Source of the DNA: Minisyncoccota bacterium
GTDB taxonomy: Bacteria > Patescibacteriota > Minisyncoccia > Phycocordibacterales > UBA918
Assembly (NCBI GenBank): GCA_041389045.1
Contig: JAWKSQ010000001.1
Location: 267,063 to 331,062, forward strand
Length of the DNA stretch: 64,000 nt
Direction: 5' to 3'
Shown here: positions 29,061-39,395 of the stretch, piece after piece
Numbering within the stretch: the first letter of the stretch is position 1
How the letters are laid out: each line of letters opens with the position of its first letter
Notes under the pieces: generated by a model
Seen by the model: the letters and a program-made list of their open reading frames with translations, nothing else
Database searches by the model: none
What the model was told of the DNA's origin: nothing
Position numbers and translations under genes: made by a program

Positions 29061-30224
29061 TTATCTTTTAAAGTGACGATAAATCTTATAGAGAGGTTTT
29101 AAGTAAGTTGGTATTTTTAAATATCTAGGTCTATTTAATAGACCTAGATCTGTCAGGTATTTTACTACACTTTTATTGATTTTATCTTGTTGGTGACCGA
29201 TAAGACCCTCCGAGATGCGGAGATACATATAGAGTAAAAGAGGGGTTTGACTACCGTTTTTGGCTAAACAAGCACCAAGCAAAGTGAGCGCCTCTGAGTA
29301 TTTTTCTCGCTGCACTAAGCTGATCATTTCAATAAAACTTTGGGAGAGGTCGGAATAAGTCTCCGACTGGTTGGTCAACAGAGGTTTACCGCTTTGGGCA
29401 TAGTCGACAATCTTAGCACGAAGATTTGTGTTTTGACCGTGATAGTTTAAGTTAAAGATATCAAAAGAGATAATCATTTCGATTACGGCATTATGAAAAG
29501 ATGAGAGGATTGGTTCTAGGGCCAGATAGCTATTTATTGAAATGAGTCCTTGCTCATATTCGCGTTCGTAGTAGGACTTATGAGAGGTTTGGTTTTGGCG
29601 ATGGTAATAAAAAGTATTTGGACAAACAGAGGCTTTTAGACTCTTGGCAAGGAAGCCTAGACCAAATGTTTGGGTATCAAACCCGTGAGCAGTCGGGTAG
29701 CCACCAATGACAGAAAAGGCATTTTTTGTGTACATGAAGTTTACTTGCGTCAAAAAACCAGCCTCGGTGTTAAAGAGATCATTTAGTGAGACAATTTCCT
29801 CTTTGGGAGAATTGGGTACAATCTCTACATTTTTAAAATTAGTACTAAAAAATCTAGTTTCTGCAAAAAGGACGCCGTCTAGTTTTTTATCACACAAAAA
29901 AGTGTACATGCGAATAAGTGTCTGTGGGGGCAACACGTCGTCGCTATCTAGACAAAAGATTGTTGTAGCTAAAGTTTTTGATACAGCAGTGTTTCTAGCG
30001 GCCCCGCCACCTTGATTGGTCTGATGGGTGAGTAGGGTGATATTTGGATAGGTAGCTTTAATATTCTTAAGCAGAAGACCAGTACCGTCAGTTGAAGCAT
30101 CATCGACTAAGACAATTTCAAAATCATCACTGGCAAAGCCTTGTGTGTAGCAGGACTTAACTGCTTCAAGAAGGGTCTTTTCGCAATTGTAACAAGGTAT
30201 GATAATAGACAGTTTAGGCGCCAT
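29061..30224 (-). CDS. GT2 glycosyltransferase with helical C-terminal extension
   Basis: LSIIIPCYNCEKTLLEAVKSCYTQ...FEIVLVDDASTDGT, LDSDD. Confidence 0.75.
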   Translation of the reverse strand: MAPKLSIIIPCYNCEKTLLEAVKSCYTQGFASDDFEIVLVDDASTDGTGLLLKNIKATYPNITLLTHQTNQGGGAARNTAVSKTLATTIFCLDSDDVLPPQTLIRMYTFLCDKKLDGVLFAETRFFSTNFKNVEIVPNSPKEEIVSLNDLFNTEAGFLTQVNFMYTKNAFSVIGGYPTAHGFDTQTFGLGFLAKSLKASVCPNTFYYHRQNQTSHKSYYEREYEQGLISINSYLALEPILSSFHNAVIEMIISFDIFNLNYHGQNTNLRAKIVDYAQSGKPLLTNQSETYSDLSQSFIEMISLVQREKYSEALTLLGACLAKNGSQTPLLLYMYLRISEGLIGHQQDKINKSVVKYLTDLGLLNRPRYLKIPTYLKPLYKIYRHFKR

Positions 30225-31035
30225 AGATTTTTTTGAAAGCCAGGTTCTGTGTCGTGGTTTTGTATTTATTATCTCGTAGTTTAGATTCTGAGTGATAAGT
30301 TAGAATTTCTAATCCTTTCAAGAGTGGGGTGACAAGTAAGAACAATACTGGTTTAAACCATCGGTATAGGAAATTCTTCGAGAATCTCTTGTCTCTGCGG
30401 GAGAGACCATAAATTATCCTTTTTACTTTACTTCTAACTGGACCTTCTTCGTAGGTTAAAAACATCAGTTCATAGCCATTTTTTTTCATTAAGATAACTA
30501 TCTCCTCAGTTGTGTAGTGTTTTATGTGTCCGTAAGTTTTTTCTTTATAATATATAGCTGACTCAGGGGCGGGGCCGCATTTTAGGGGGTTGGGGGTCAT
30601 TATATATACAACACCGCCATAGGTTTGGAGGGCTGCTATCTTTTCTACAAACGCCTTGATGTCTGGTATGTGTTCATATATATCAGCTAGTAATATAAAA
30701 TCGGCCACTTCACGATTATTATAATTTTCAATTAAATCTTGGAAAATTTGTATGTTGGAGTGATTCTGCTTCAGCTTTTCGTGCTCTTCATGGTTGGTTA
30801 TTTCTACCAGAGTAGCTTTTTTAAAATATTGTGAAAATGAAGTTAGGTAATGACCAGAGCCACCACCAATATCAAGGCAATGATCCCATTTTTCAGAGAT
30901 GTTTAAAGCATGAAGCATATACTCTAAAGAAATCTTGACTGTGATATTGGGAATATCTTCAGAGTACTGAGCATCAATTAAGTTCCTCCGGTAGTTTTTA
31001 AAGATATTTATCTTTGGATACATTGGCTTTGACAT
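30214..31035 (-). CDS. class I SAM-dependent methyltransferase
   Basis: CLDIGGGSGHY, ADFILLADIYEHIPD. Confidence 0.6.
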   Translation of the reverse strand: MSKPMYPKINIFKNYRRNLIDAQYSEDIPNITVKISLEYMLHALNISEKWDHCLDIGGGSGHYLTSFSQYFKKATLVEITNHEEHEKLKQNHSNIQIFQDLIENYNNREVADFILLADIYEHIPDIKAFVEKIAALQTYGGVVYIMTPNPLKCGPAPESAIYYKEKTYGHIKHYTTEEIVILMKKNGYELMFLTYEEGPVRSKVKRIIYGLSRRDKRFSKNFLYRWFKPVLFLLVTPLLKGLEILTYHSESKLRDNKYKTTTQNLAFKKIYGA

Positions 31036-31044
31036 ACATTTTTG

Positions 31045-31995
31045 TCATCTAAATAATTTCTTTAAAACTTTTGTAATTCCCACTAACACTAACATTCGTA
31101 CAAAATAGTGCCATATTTTATCCCGCCACCGATTACCGAGAGTGGTATAAAATTGCTTAAGTTTTTTTACTGCTTCAGAATTTTCAGCAATGACACTTTC
31201 CATTGCTATATCCTCACTTTGATCTAATTCAACGGTGAATTGACTCTTGCCAAGGATGCGGTTAAGGGCGGTGAAATGCGTCCCGTTATAGAGGCCGTTA
31301 TTTTTAGTGAGGGCACCGGGGGAATTTACAGTGAGACCGTCATTTCTTACTATAGCAATGTTCCAGCATATATCCCACGGGATAATGGGGTGTTTGAGGT
31401 TACCTAGGCATTTAAAAATACCATCAAGTTCAATATAGTTGATCTTCTCGGGCGTCAAAGCTGTCAGGGCTTCTGCCTCAGATTGAAACCAGGTAAATTT
31501 ATCCCAACGGTCCTTCCAGGTCGCCCAACCCCCGCCGGTATTTTCCGCATAGCGCCAAAGGAACGTCTTTCGCTCTGGCCAATCAATAAAGGTGAAGGTG
31601 CCAATATGCATAACCCGCTTGTGTGAGTCATAGAAATCAAGGGCTTGATTCATGAAGGTTAAGAAATAGGGAGAGGTGACACCGTCGTCTTCAAGGACAA
31701 TCACTCGGCCAAATTTATTAACGGTGTTCGTTACTCCGTCGATGATATTGCGCTCAATATAAAAATTTTCTGGCCTTTCAACTACGGTAAAGCTCTTAAA
31801 TCCAGTGACGGTCTTAAGGTATGCCCGCACAGCGGCAACTGCTTTCTCCGCTCGGCTATTCTTAGGTCCATCAGAAAAAACTATCACGTCTGTTTCTGGC
31901 GCTAAATAATTTTTCTGCAAAGCTTCGATAACCTCCCTAGTATTTCCGGGGCGATTGTAGACAAATACAGCAACAGGTGATAATTCTTTTTCCAT
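31045..31995 (-). CDS. GT-A-fold glycosyltransferase
   Basis: VAVFVYNRPGNTREVIEAL, VIVLEDDGVTSPYF, GGWATWKDRWD; paralogue of 24918..25831. Confidence 0.6.
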   Translation of the reverse strand: MEKELSPVAVFVYNRPGNTREVIEALQKNYLAPETDVIVFSDGPKNSRAEKAVAAVRAYLKTVTGFKSFTVVERPENFYIERNIIDGVTNTVNKFGRVIVLEDDGVTSPYFLTFMNQALDFYDSHKRVMHIGTFTFIDWPERKTFLWRYAENTGGGWATWKDRWDKFTWFQSEAEALTALTPEKINYIELDGIFKCLGNLKHPIIPWDICWNIAIVRNDGLTVNSPGALTKNNGLYNGTHFTALNRILGKSQFTVELDQSEDIAMESVIAENSEAVKKLKQFYTTLGNRWRDKIWHYFVRMLVLVGITKVLKKLFR

Positions 31996-32822
31996 TATGT
32001 TTGATTTGAGGACGTGGTTCTGTGAATCGCTCTTGGGTGATTACAGGGGGTATTAGTAAGTATAAGTTTGGCATGAGGGACTCGATTTGTTTCTGGAGGT
32101 GGTGTCATGTAAGATTTTCCATAAATAGTAGCAAGATGTTCGTGATAGTTATTTGGTGCTGGATACATTTTTCCCTCAAATTCAACATCAACAATTGGAT
32201 ATAAATATTGCAAAGGAACAGAGAACATGTAACCGTTGTCTTCAGGTGTCATGCCATAGCCATATTTTTTAAGAGGGGAAAGTAGTAGCCAAATAAATTT
32301 ACAAATACCATAAATAATAAAATTTATAAATATGTTCTTTCTATTCACTACGGCTTTATATCTACTACGTACAGTAGTGAACATTAGGACTTTTTGAAAT
32401 AGCCTCGGCATTTTGGGATATTCTACAGATGGAAATATATCTATAAATATACCCTGATGATATTTGGTTCCTCGTTCTTCGTGAGTTTCAATAAATGTAG
32501 AATGGCAATCACGTAGTTTTGTAAAATATTGCTTAAATGCCGAATCGGTTTTTGGTGTCTGCAAGAAAATATCCTTTGGTAACTCTGCTTCAGCAATTTT
32601 TAAAAACTCTCGATAATCTTTCATGGGCATTGAAACATCGATATCGTCATCCCAAGGTATGAATTTACCGTTTCGAACGGCGCCAAGTAATGTACCGTAG
32701 TCAAGCCAATAAACAAGATTATTTTTTTTACAAATACGATCTAACTCGTTAAGTATACGAAGTTGAATTTTCCGCAACTCAGCGATGTCCTCGGTTTTAA
32801 TTATAGTAGTTGGCGTTACCAT
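31995..32822 (-). CDS. LicD-family phosphotransferase (phosphocholine/phospho-alcohol transfer to glycans)
   Basis: LDYGTLLGAVRNGKFIPWDDDIDVSMP. Confidence 0.75.
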   Translation of the reverse strand: MVTPTTIIKTEDIAELRKIQLRILNELDRICKKNNLVYWLDYGTLLGAVRNGKFIPWDDDIDVSMPMKDYREFLKIAEAELPKDIFLQTPKTDSAFKQYFTKLRDCHSTFIETHEERGTKYHQGIFIDIFPSVEYPKMPRLFQKVLMFTTVRSRYKAVVNRKNIFINFIIYGICKFIWLLLSPLKKYGYGMTPEDNGYMFSVPLQYLYPIVDVEFEGKMYPAPNNYHEHLATIYGKSYMTPPPETNRVPHAKLILTNTPCNHPRAIHRTTSSNQT

Positions 32823-32824
32823 CG

Positions 32825-33445
32825 TTATTTTTTAGTAGCAATTATACGTAAAAAAGTGTAATCAGTACCGTTATGAGGAGCAAAACCTTTTTTCTCTTCT
32901 TGAGTTACAACATGAAATCCCTGATTTGTTAACTTGTTAATTAATATTTCACGATTAACAAAACGACGATAATGGTCATTATAAATAAAAGCGTTTGATT
33001 GACCTGGAACAGGTTCACCTAATTTAAAAATCTCATTTTTATGACCCCGAGCTTCTATGCATAAGTATCCGTTGTCAGATAAATTTCTGTGTGACCATGC
33101 TATAACTTTGTCTTCCTGTTCTTCAGTAATTGAATGAAGTGTAAACCTTGAATATACGACATTAAATTCTCCTAAGTCATCTAGTTTTGTGAAATCAGTT
33201 GCTAGAAACTTCAAATTTTCATTTACTAAGTTTTCTTTTAAATCTGGAGCCTCACATTGATCAGTTGCTAAAACATTTAAACCGTGGTTTGCAAAATATA
33301 AGCAATCCCGTCCATTACCACAACCAAGTTCAATAATAGACTGTCCTTCTTTTAGGTAGTTATCTAAAACATGTTGTGCAAAAAGCGAAGGCTTACGTTC
33401 AGCTCCAACATTATTGTAATAGTTTTCCCAGTACTTTTTATCCAT
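32825..33445 (-). CDS. class I SAM-dependent methyltransferase
   Basis: IIELGCGNGRDCLYFANHGLNVLATD. Confidence 0.65.
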   Translation of the reverse strand: MDKKYWENYYNNVGAERKPSLFAQHVLDNYLKEGQSIIELGCGNGRDCLYFANHGLNVLATDQCEAPDLKENLVNENLKFLATDFTKLDDLGEFNVVYSRFTLHSITEEQEDKVIAWSHRNLSDNGYLCIEARGHKNEIFKLGEPVPGQSNAFIYNDHYRRFVNREILINKLTNQGFHVVTQEEKKGFAPHNGTDYTFLRIIATKK

Positions 33446-33577
33446 AAATTTGCAGTTGTGTAAAAGTCATATTATAAATTGATTCATTAGTTTCCCATTA
33501 CCCGCGAGGTTATGCAAGTATATAAGTTTCATTATCCTATAACATAATTCTAAGAAGTCAGTTACATAACTAAACTT

Positions 33578-34909
33578 TCACTTTTTATGAAGAGAATGCA
33601 AATCATCTCTGAATTGTCTTAAAAATAATAACCCAAGTGGGATTACAGAGTAAGAGAATAGAGTGGAAATAGCGGCTCCCACGGCCCCATAGCGAGGAAT
33701 CATAAATAGATTTAAAGAGATGTTAATCAACGCACCGGTCAGGGTAAGATATAGGTGAATTCGGCCTTTGTTTTCAGTAATAAGATACTGTTGTACCAAT
33801 ATACCCAGTATTCCAACAGCTCCCGACCAGATATAAATTTGAAGTAATATGATGGATTCAATAAATTTTTCACCAAATAAGATTAAAATAATTGGACGGG
33901 CGAATATGAAAACAAACAACGTGACAGCTAAAGTGATTGCCATTACAAGTATCGTTAGGGCTCTGTACCTCTGCAGGTATGAAAGACGACTGATTTTTTT
34001 AGCACTGACTAAGGCAGGGAAGACAGAGCTAATGATAAGGGCAGGGATAAAGCTCCAAATGTTGGATATTCTAACCGCGACATCATACAAGCCAACCGAG
34101 GTTGAGCCTAGGTATTGTTGTAGCATTACTTGGTCAATTCGCGCATAGATATAACTAAAAAAGCCAGCAAACAAAAAAGGCCACGAGTCGTTCATTAGTT
34201 GTTTAAAGATAGACCACTCAAACTTCCACTCTAAGGGGTTTTGCTTAAACTTGTTTATATAAATGTATAGTGACCAAACAGTAGATATCAGAGCTTCAAT
34301 TACTAATAGTCCGGCAAAGAATAGAACACCTTTATCAAAAACTATCACTAAAATTTTTAAAATTGGAATAAAAAAAGCAATAAAGATTGTGGCGTGTGAG
34401 GTATACCGTGCCTGGACCTTGGCTTGGAATAGTATGGCAATCGTACCGAGTGGGTTGATTAAAAAAGTAAAAGCGGTAATGGCAACTAATTGGGTAAGTA
34501 AGGTTTCATTATCAATTGATAAGGAAAGTACAATGGATAAAACAAAAGCAAAAAAACCAAAAATGAATTTTGCTAAGACGGCGGTACCGATAAGCCCATG
34601 TTCCTTTTCAGGTTTTGCAGTTAAGTCCCGATAGAGTATTTGGTCTATCCCTAGAGAGGCAAAGACCGACAATATTGATACAAAACTTTGGGCATAACTA
34701 ATTTTCCCTAGGTTTTCTGGGCCAAGGTATCTAGCAACCATAGCCATGGTGAGAAAAGAAGTTACAAAAGTGGCCCCTCTAGCTGCAAATAGCCACCCTG
34801 TATTTTTGAAATATTTTTTAAAGCCATCTTTATTCCAATCGCTAACAAGTCGCTCATAAAGCCAGTTAGGTAGTAGCTTAAGCGCAGCGGAGTTTAAGAG
34901 TTGATACAT
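33578..34909 (-). CDS. Wzx-type (MOP superfamily) polysaccharide flippase
   Basis: 443 aa, about 12 TM segments, typical N-terminal KNTGWLFAARGATFVTSFL. Confidence 0.7.
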   Translation of the reverse strand: MYQLLNSAALKLLPNWLYERLVSDWNKDGFKKYFKNTGWLFAARGATFVTSFLTMAMVARYLGPENLGKISYAQSFVSILSVFASLGIDQILYRDLTAKPEKEHGLIGTAVLAKFIFGFFAFVLSIVLSLSIDNETLLTQLVAITAFTFLINPLGTIAILFQAKVQARYTSHATIFIAFFIPILKILVIVFDKGVLFFAGLLVIEALISTVWSLYIYINKFKQNPLEWKFEWSIFKQLMNDSWPFLFAGFFSYIYARIDQVMLQQYLGSTSVGLYDVAVRISNIWSFIPALIISSVFPALVSAKKISRLSYLQRYRALTILVMAITLAVTLFVFIFARPIILILFGEKFIESIILLQIYIWSGAVGILGILVQQYLITENKGRIHLYLTLTGALINISLNLFMIPRYGAVGAAISTLFSYSVIPLGLLFLRQFRDDLHSLHKK

Positions 34910-35118
34910 AAAGTGTATAGTATATAAATAGTACTATACAGATTAAATTTAAGTTACTAAAACCTAGACCAATGGGCATAAGGGCTTTTGTAATACTTCT
35001 AGTATACCCAATAAAATTTAAGTAAAAGTGTTTACTATATAGCCCACCATTAGGTTTGACTTTTAGGTAAATTATGTGATAATGCAGGTTGGGTTCATTC
35101 AACTATTAGGAGGTTGCT

Positions 35119-35718
35119 GTGTTTATTACTAAACAAAGTCCAGCGAAAGCAGTGGTGAAACGGCTTGGTGATGTGGCCGATGTTGATTCCTCAATCCGAG
35201 AGATTGCCATCAAGTTGAAGGAGAGGATTTTGGAGAGGTCAGACACACCACCGGCAGTACGCCACTATTTGAGCGGTGGAGCTGAGGCAGCGACCCGATA
35301 CTACTTGGACAATGATCTAAGTTCCGGCAATCTTCCTTCGGGGAGACAGGAACGGCTGCAGTTTGATGAGTTCAGGCGGTTATCGGCAGTAGCGGAGGAA
35401 CCACTACTGTCGGCTGGTTTTTCGAAGGTGGACATAAATGTCTATCAGACGATTTATCTCCTCACTCACCCGAACTACCGACGGCAAGCCAAGGACCTGT
35501 CTGCGCTTCTGGTTCATAACCATGAGAACCATTTCCTTATCCTGCTTGAGACCTCGTGTTATAGCTACGGACTCCGCAGGGAAGGAGATTACCTTGGGGA
35601 TGCAATATCGGTTGCTCAACACTATGTCAGTCTTAGTCAGGCGTCAAAGTCGCCGGAAAAGGCAAAGAAAAGAAAGACGTCTTGGCTGAGAAAGTGGTTT
35701 CCTTACCTGTTTCAATAA
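35119..35718 (+). CDS. hypothetical protein, compositionally atypical (G+C-rich, GTG start, strong SD)
   Basis: 199-aa ORF; AGGAGG 6 nt upstream of GTG; opposite strand to the surrounding glycan operon; followed by a terminator. Confidence 0.5.
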   Translation: MFITKQSPAKAVVKRLGDVADVDSSIREIAIKLKERILERSDTPPAVRHYLSGGAEAATRYYLDNDLSSGNLPSGRQERLQFDEFRRLSAVAEEPLLSAGFSKVDINVYQTIYLLTHPNYRRQAKDLSALLVHNHENHFLILLETSCYSYGLRREGDYLGDAISVAQHYVSLSQASKSPEKAKKRKTSWLRKWFPYLFQ

Positions 35719-35737
35719 GGGACCCTCAACAAACGAA

Positions 35738-35770
35738 AAGGCCAGCCACACTCCCGTGTGTCTGGCCTTT
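35738..35770. terminator. bidirectional terminator between convergent 35119 CDS and fcl
   Basis: AAAGGCCAGCCACAC-TCCC-GTGTGTCTGGCCTTT (one mismatch). Confidence 0.6.
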
Positions 35771-35837
35771 CATAATTTAAATTTAAGGTAGCTTATTTGA
35801 GACTTTGAATAGTGGTAGGCTGCAATCTCTCAGCAAT

Positions 35838-36764
35838 TTAGAGGGAATTAAGGTACCACTCATAAGTACTCTTTATACCTTCTTTAAGAGAGATCTGGTG
35901 TTTGAAACCAAGCGAGTGGAGTTTTGATACATCGAGGAGTTTACGTGGTGTGCCGTCCGGTTTTTCCGTGTCCCATTTTATTTCGCCCTCAAATCCGACG
36001 ACTTCTTTGATGGTTTCGGCTAGTTCCTTAATCGTACAGTCTTCACCAGTGCCGATATTTACAATACCCGCGTCATTGTAGGTCTCCATTAGGTGTAGGC
36101 AGGCTGCTGCCAGATCATCAACATGCAAAAATTCACGCATGGGTGAACCAGAACCCCAGAGAGTGACGTTTGGTGCACTAGTTTCTTTGGCTTCATGAAA
36201 ACGACGGATGAGAGCCGGTAGGACATGTGAAGTTTCGAGATCAAAGTTGTCATTTGGTCCATAAAGATTGGTGGGCATGACACTGATGAAATTGCTCCCA
36301 TATTGTCGCCGATAACTTTGACACATGATGATACCAGCGATCTTAGCAATGGCGTAGGCATCGTTAGTTGGTTCTAGAGCACCAGTCAATAAGTATTCCT
36401 CTTTCATTGGCTGTGGGGCCAATTTAGGATAGATACAAGAACTGCCAAGAAATAGAAGTTTTTTGACTTTATTATTATATGACTCATTAATTACATTTGT
36501 TTGCACTTGGAGATTTTCGTAAATAAAGTCTGCGGGGTATGTTTTATTAGCCATAATACCACCAACTTTAGCAGCAGCTAAAAAAACAGATTCTGGTTTT
36601 TCATTCGCAAAAAAGTCTGAGACGTCTTTTTGATTAAGAAGGTTTAACTCCTCTCTAGTTTTAGTAATTATGTTAAAAAAGCCTTGAGAGGTAAGAGAGC
36701 GAACTATAGCAGAGCCGACAAGTCCTCGATGCCCAGCAACATATATCTTGGATGTTTTTTGCAT
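35838..36764 (-). CDS. fcl: GDP-L-fucose synthase
   Basis: 308 aa; [22 protein letters not shown], next to gmd. Confidence 0.85.
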   Translation of the reverse strand: MQKTSKIYVAGHRGLVGSAIVRSLTSQGFFNIITKTREELNLLNQKDVSDFFANEKPESVFLAAAKVGGIMANKTYPADFIYENLQVQTNVINESYNNKVKKLLFLGSSCIYPKLAPQPMKEEYLLTGALEPTNDAYAIAKIAGIIMCQSYRRQYGSNFISVMPTNLYGPNDNFDLETSHVLPALIRRFHEAKETSAPNVTLWGSGSPMREFLHVDDLAAACLHLMETYNDAGIVNIGTGEDCTIKELAETIKEVVGFEGEIKWDTEKPDGTPRKLLDVSKLHSLGFKHQISLKEGIKSTYEWYLNSL

Positions 36765-36901
36765 ATAAGAAATAGAACTGAATTAGTTTAATAATTGTAA
36801 CATCCTTAGTTGGTAAAAGAGAGTTTAAAGAAATTACTTGATTTTAAATGTAATCTATGTTATAATAATCAAGTGAGCTAATGTTCAACTAAGGAGTTCT
36901 T

Positions 36902-37051
36902 ATGAATGTAGGTAAGGTTATGTTCTGGGGGTTTATTGGCTGGTGGCTAATCCCTGGAGTCATGATTGTTCAGTCAATAGAAGATTATGTCTTCTACGGA
37001 AATGAAACAATTGAAGAAAGGAAGACTCGCCACAATTTTGAGAAATTGTGA
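36902..37051 (+). CDS. possible 49-aa membrane peptide (below ORF-track cutoff)
   Basis: MNVGKVMFWGFIGWWLIPGVMIVQSIEDYVFYGNETIEERKTRHNFEKL; AAGGAG 5 nt upstream. Confidence 0.3.
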   Translation: MNVGKVMFWGFIGWWLIPGVMIVQSIEDYVFYGNETIEERKTRHNFEKL

Positions 37052-37104
37052 TAAGCACAGACCCAGACCTTGGACAGCTATGTCCGAGGTCTATTTTTAG
37101 ACTA

Positions 37105-38160
37105 TCAATATAGAATTTGTTTTCCTGACCTTAATAGTTCAAAGTCAGCTTTGGTCATTCGTTTAGCCAAATCAGCGAATTTTATTTGTGCTTCCCAGCC
37201 GAGCTTCTCTTTGGCTTTGCTTGGGTCACCTAAAAGGAGATCAACTTCAGTCGGACGGAAATATTTGGGATTAATTTTAATAATCGGGTTACAGGTTTTC
37301 TTATCAATACCAACTTCATTGATTCCTTCTCCTTCCCAAGCAAGCTTAATGTCTAACTCTTCGCAAGCGGCTTCAATAAATTCTCGTACAGTATGAGTTT
37401 CACCGGTGGCGATGACAAAATCTTCAGCGGTATCATGCTGAAGCATGCGCCACATCGCGTCAACATATTCAGGCGCGTAGCCCCAGTCACGTTTGGCGTC
37501 CATATTACCTAGCTCTAAGATATCTTGTTGTCCAAGTTTTATTTTGGATAGTCCTAGCGTAATTTTTCTGGTCACAAAATTATAACCGCGTCTCTCACTT
37601 TCATGATTAAATAGTATTCCGTTACAGGCAAACATATTGTAAGCCTCACGATAGTTTTTTATAATCCAAAAGCTATAGAGTTTTGCCACTCCATAGGGAC
37701 TACGTGGATAGAAAGGAGTGTTTTCCGTTTGTGGCGTTTCTTGAACTAAGCCGTAAAGCTCTGACGTCGAAGCTTGGTAGAATTTAGTTTTGTTACTCAG
37801 GCCTTGCTTCTTGATAGCTTCAAGAATGGTCAGAGTTCCAAGCGCATCTGTCTCGGCGGTTAGTTCCGGTAAGTCAAAAGAAATACGAACATGACTTTGG
37901 GCAGCTAGATTATAGACCTCATCGGGTTCGATGTCTCGAATCAAAGAGGAAATGTTGGTTGTGTCTGTTAAATCACCATAGTGGAGAAATAGGGTTTTGT
38001 CGTGCACTTCAGGATTATTAAAAAGATGATTAATCCTGGCCGTCCTAATTGAACTAGATGGTCTTTGTACACCATGTACCTCGTAGCCCTTCTCTAGGAG
38101 TAATTCTGCTAAATAAGATCCATCTTGTCCCGTGATGCCGGTGATTAACGCTTTTTTCAT
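37105..38160 (-). CDS. gmd: GDP-mannose 4,6-dehydratase
   Basis: 351 aa; [39 protein letters not shown]. Confidence 0.9.
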   Translation of the reverse strand: MKKALITGITGQDGSYLAELLLEKGYEVHGVQRPSSSIRTARINHLFNNPEVHDKTLFLHYGDLTDTTNISSLIRDIEPDEVYNLAAQSHVRISFDLPELTAETDALGTLTILEAIKKQGLSNKTKFYQASTSELYGLVQETPQTENTPFYPRSPYGVAKLYSFWIIKNYREAYNMFACNGILFNHESERRGYNFVTRKITLGLSKIKLGQQDILELGNMDAKRDWGYAPEYVDAMWRMLQHDTAEDFVIATGETHTVREFIEAACEELDIKLAWEGEGINEVGIDKKTCNPIIKINPKYFRPTEVDLLLGDPSKAKEKLGWEAQIKFADLAKRMTKADFELLRSGKQILY

Positions 38161-38258
38161 GTCGTGTATAGTATCATTTTTAAAAATTTTTTGTCACCGT
38201 CACACCCTTTATCTTAGTTGTAACTATCTGTATAACTAGAATGTTACAGATATAGAAT

Positions 38259-38993
38259 ATGAATAAAATAAATAGCAACAGACAAAAGAAAATTGTGATT
38301 TCCGGTGGGTTTGATCCAGTCCATCCAGGGCACATAGCAATGATTGAATCGGCTAAAGAGTATGGTGAGGTACATATAGTGGTTAATAGTGATGATTGGT
38401 TAATTCGGAAAAAAGGTTTTTTCTTTCAACCTTGGACTGACCGAAAGAAAATCCTCGAAGCTTACACACCACATATCCATACCGTCGATGACACGGACGG
38501 AACGGTTTGTGAGGCTCTTAGGCGGATTAAGCCAGATTATTTTGGCAATGGGGGAGATCGTACAAATAAAAATACTCCAGAACTGGAGGTGTGTAAAGAA
38601 CTTGGTATTGAAACAATCTTTGAACTCGGGGGTGGAAAGTTTAGTTCTAGTACGATGATAAATGGCCGTCAAAGAGTGGTGACACGTTGGGGCTCTTACG
38701 ATGTGATACTGGATATGCCGGAGCTTAAGGTCAAAATACTGAATATTGCGCCCGGTAAAAAGTTGTCACTACAAAAGCATAAACTCCGCAGTGAATTTTT
38801 CTTTATGCCAAATGGGGAGGTGCGCATGAATTTGCCAGGGGTTTGGCATGCACCTAAGGCTCCAGATAATAAAGAACTTGTCATACTAGAAGTGCAAGTT
38901 GGTCTATCGGAAGAAACTGATATTGAAAGAATCTCTGAAGAAGATGATAGTTATGAACATGAAGTAGCTAAGAAAGTACAGCTTAATCGTTAA
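38259..38993 (+). CDS. cytidylyltransferase-like nucleotidyltransferase fused to a cupin (type II phosphomannose-isomerase-like) domain
   Basis: ISGGFDPVHPGHIAMIESAKEYG (HxGH motif); C-terminal RWGSYDVIL...LSLQKHKLRSEFFF...VWHAP cupin-like. Confidence 0.55.
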   Translation: MNKINSNRQKKIVISGGFDPVHPGHIAMIESAKEYGEVHIVVNSDDWLIRKKGFFFQPWTDRKKILEAYTPHIHTVDDTDGTVCEALRRIKPDYFGNGGDRTNKNTPELEVCKELGIETIFELGGGKFSSSTMINGRQRVVTRWGSYDVILDMPELKVKILNIAPGKKLSLQKHKLRSEFFFMPNGEVRMNLPGVWHAPKAPDNKELVILEVQVGLSEETDIERISEEDDSYEHEVAKKVQLNR

Positions 38994-39085
38994 GAGATTT
39001 AATTTTTTAGGAGGAACTCCTTCTGTATCATAGATAAACTTTCTAAGTCCTTTTAGACTAACGAGGATTGGCTGAATGACAGCAT

Positions 39086-39125
39086 TTGACACATATACTA
39101 CAAAGTATATACTTTGTAGTATATG
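39086..39125 (+). promoter_or_regulatory. promoter plus palindromic operator of the DinJ/YafQ-like pair
   Basis: TTGACA (39086-39091) - 16 nt - TATACT (39108-39113); 34-bp perfect palindrome CATATACTACAAAGTAT/ATACTTTGTAGTATATG (39092-39125) that includes the ATG. Confidence 0.6.
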
Positions 39126-39392
39126 AATACTGTAATTAGTGTGAAGGTTGATAAGGCCACCAAAGAAGCTGCTCAGGAGGTGGCTAAAAGTATGGGTTTG
39201 AACCTCAGTACTTTACTGAACTCTTATTTGAAACAGGTTATTGCCACTAGGCGAGTTGAGTTGTATGCCCCGGAACCAATGACACCAAAGTTAGAAAAGA
39301 CTTTGAGGCGGGTTAAAAAAGAGATGGCCGAATCTAAAGACCGGAAATTCTTTACGACCGTTGATGACTTAATGACAGACTTAAATAGTTAG
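39123..39392 (+). CDS. RelB/DinJ-family antitoxin
   Basis: 89 aa; ISVKVDKATKEAAQEVAKSMGLNLSTLLNSYLKQV (ribbon-helix-helix type). Confidence 0.7.
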   Translation: MNTVISVKVDKATKEAAQEVAKSMGLNLSTLLNSYLKQVIATRRVELYAPEPMTPKLEKTLRRVKKEMAESKDRKFFTTVDDLMTDLNS

Positions 39393-39395
39393 TTT

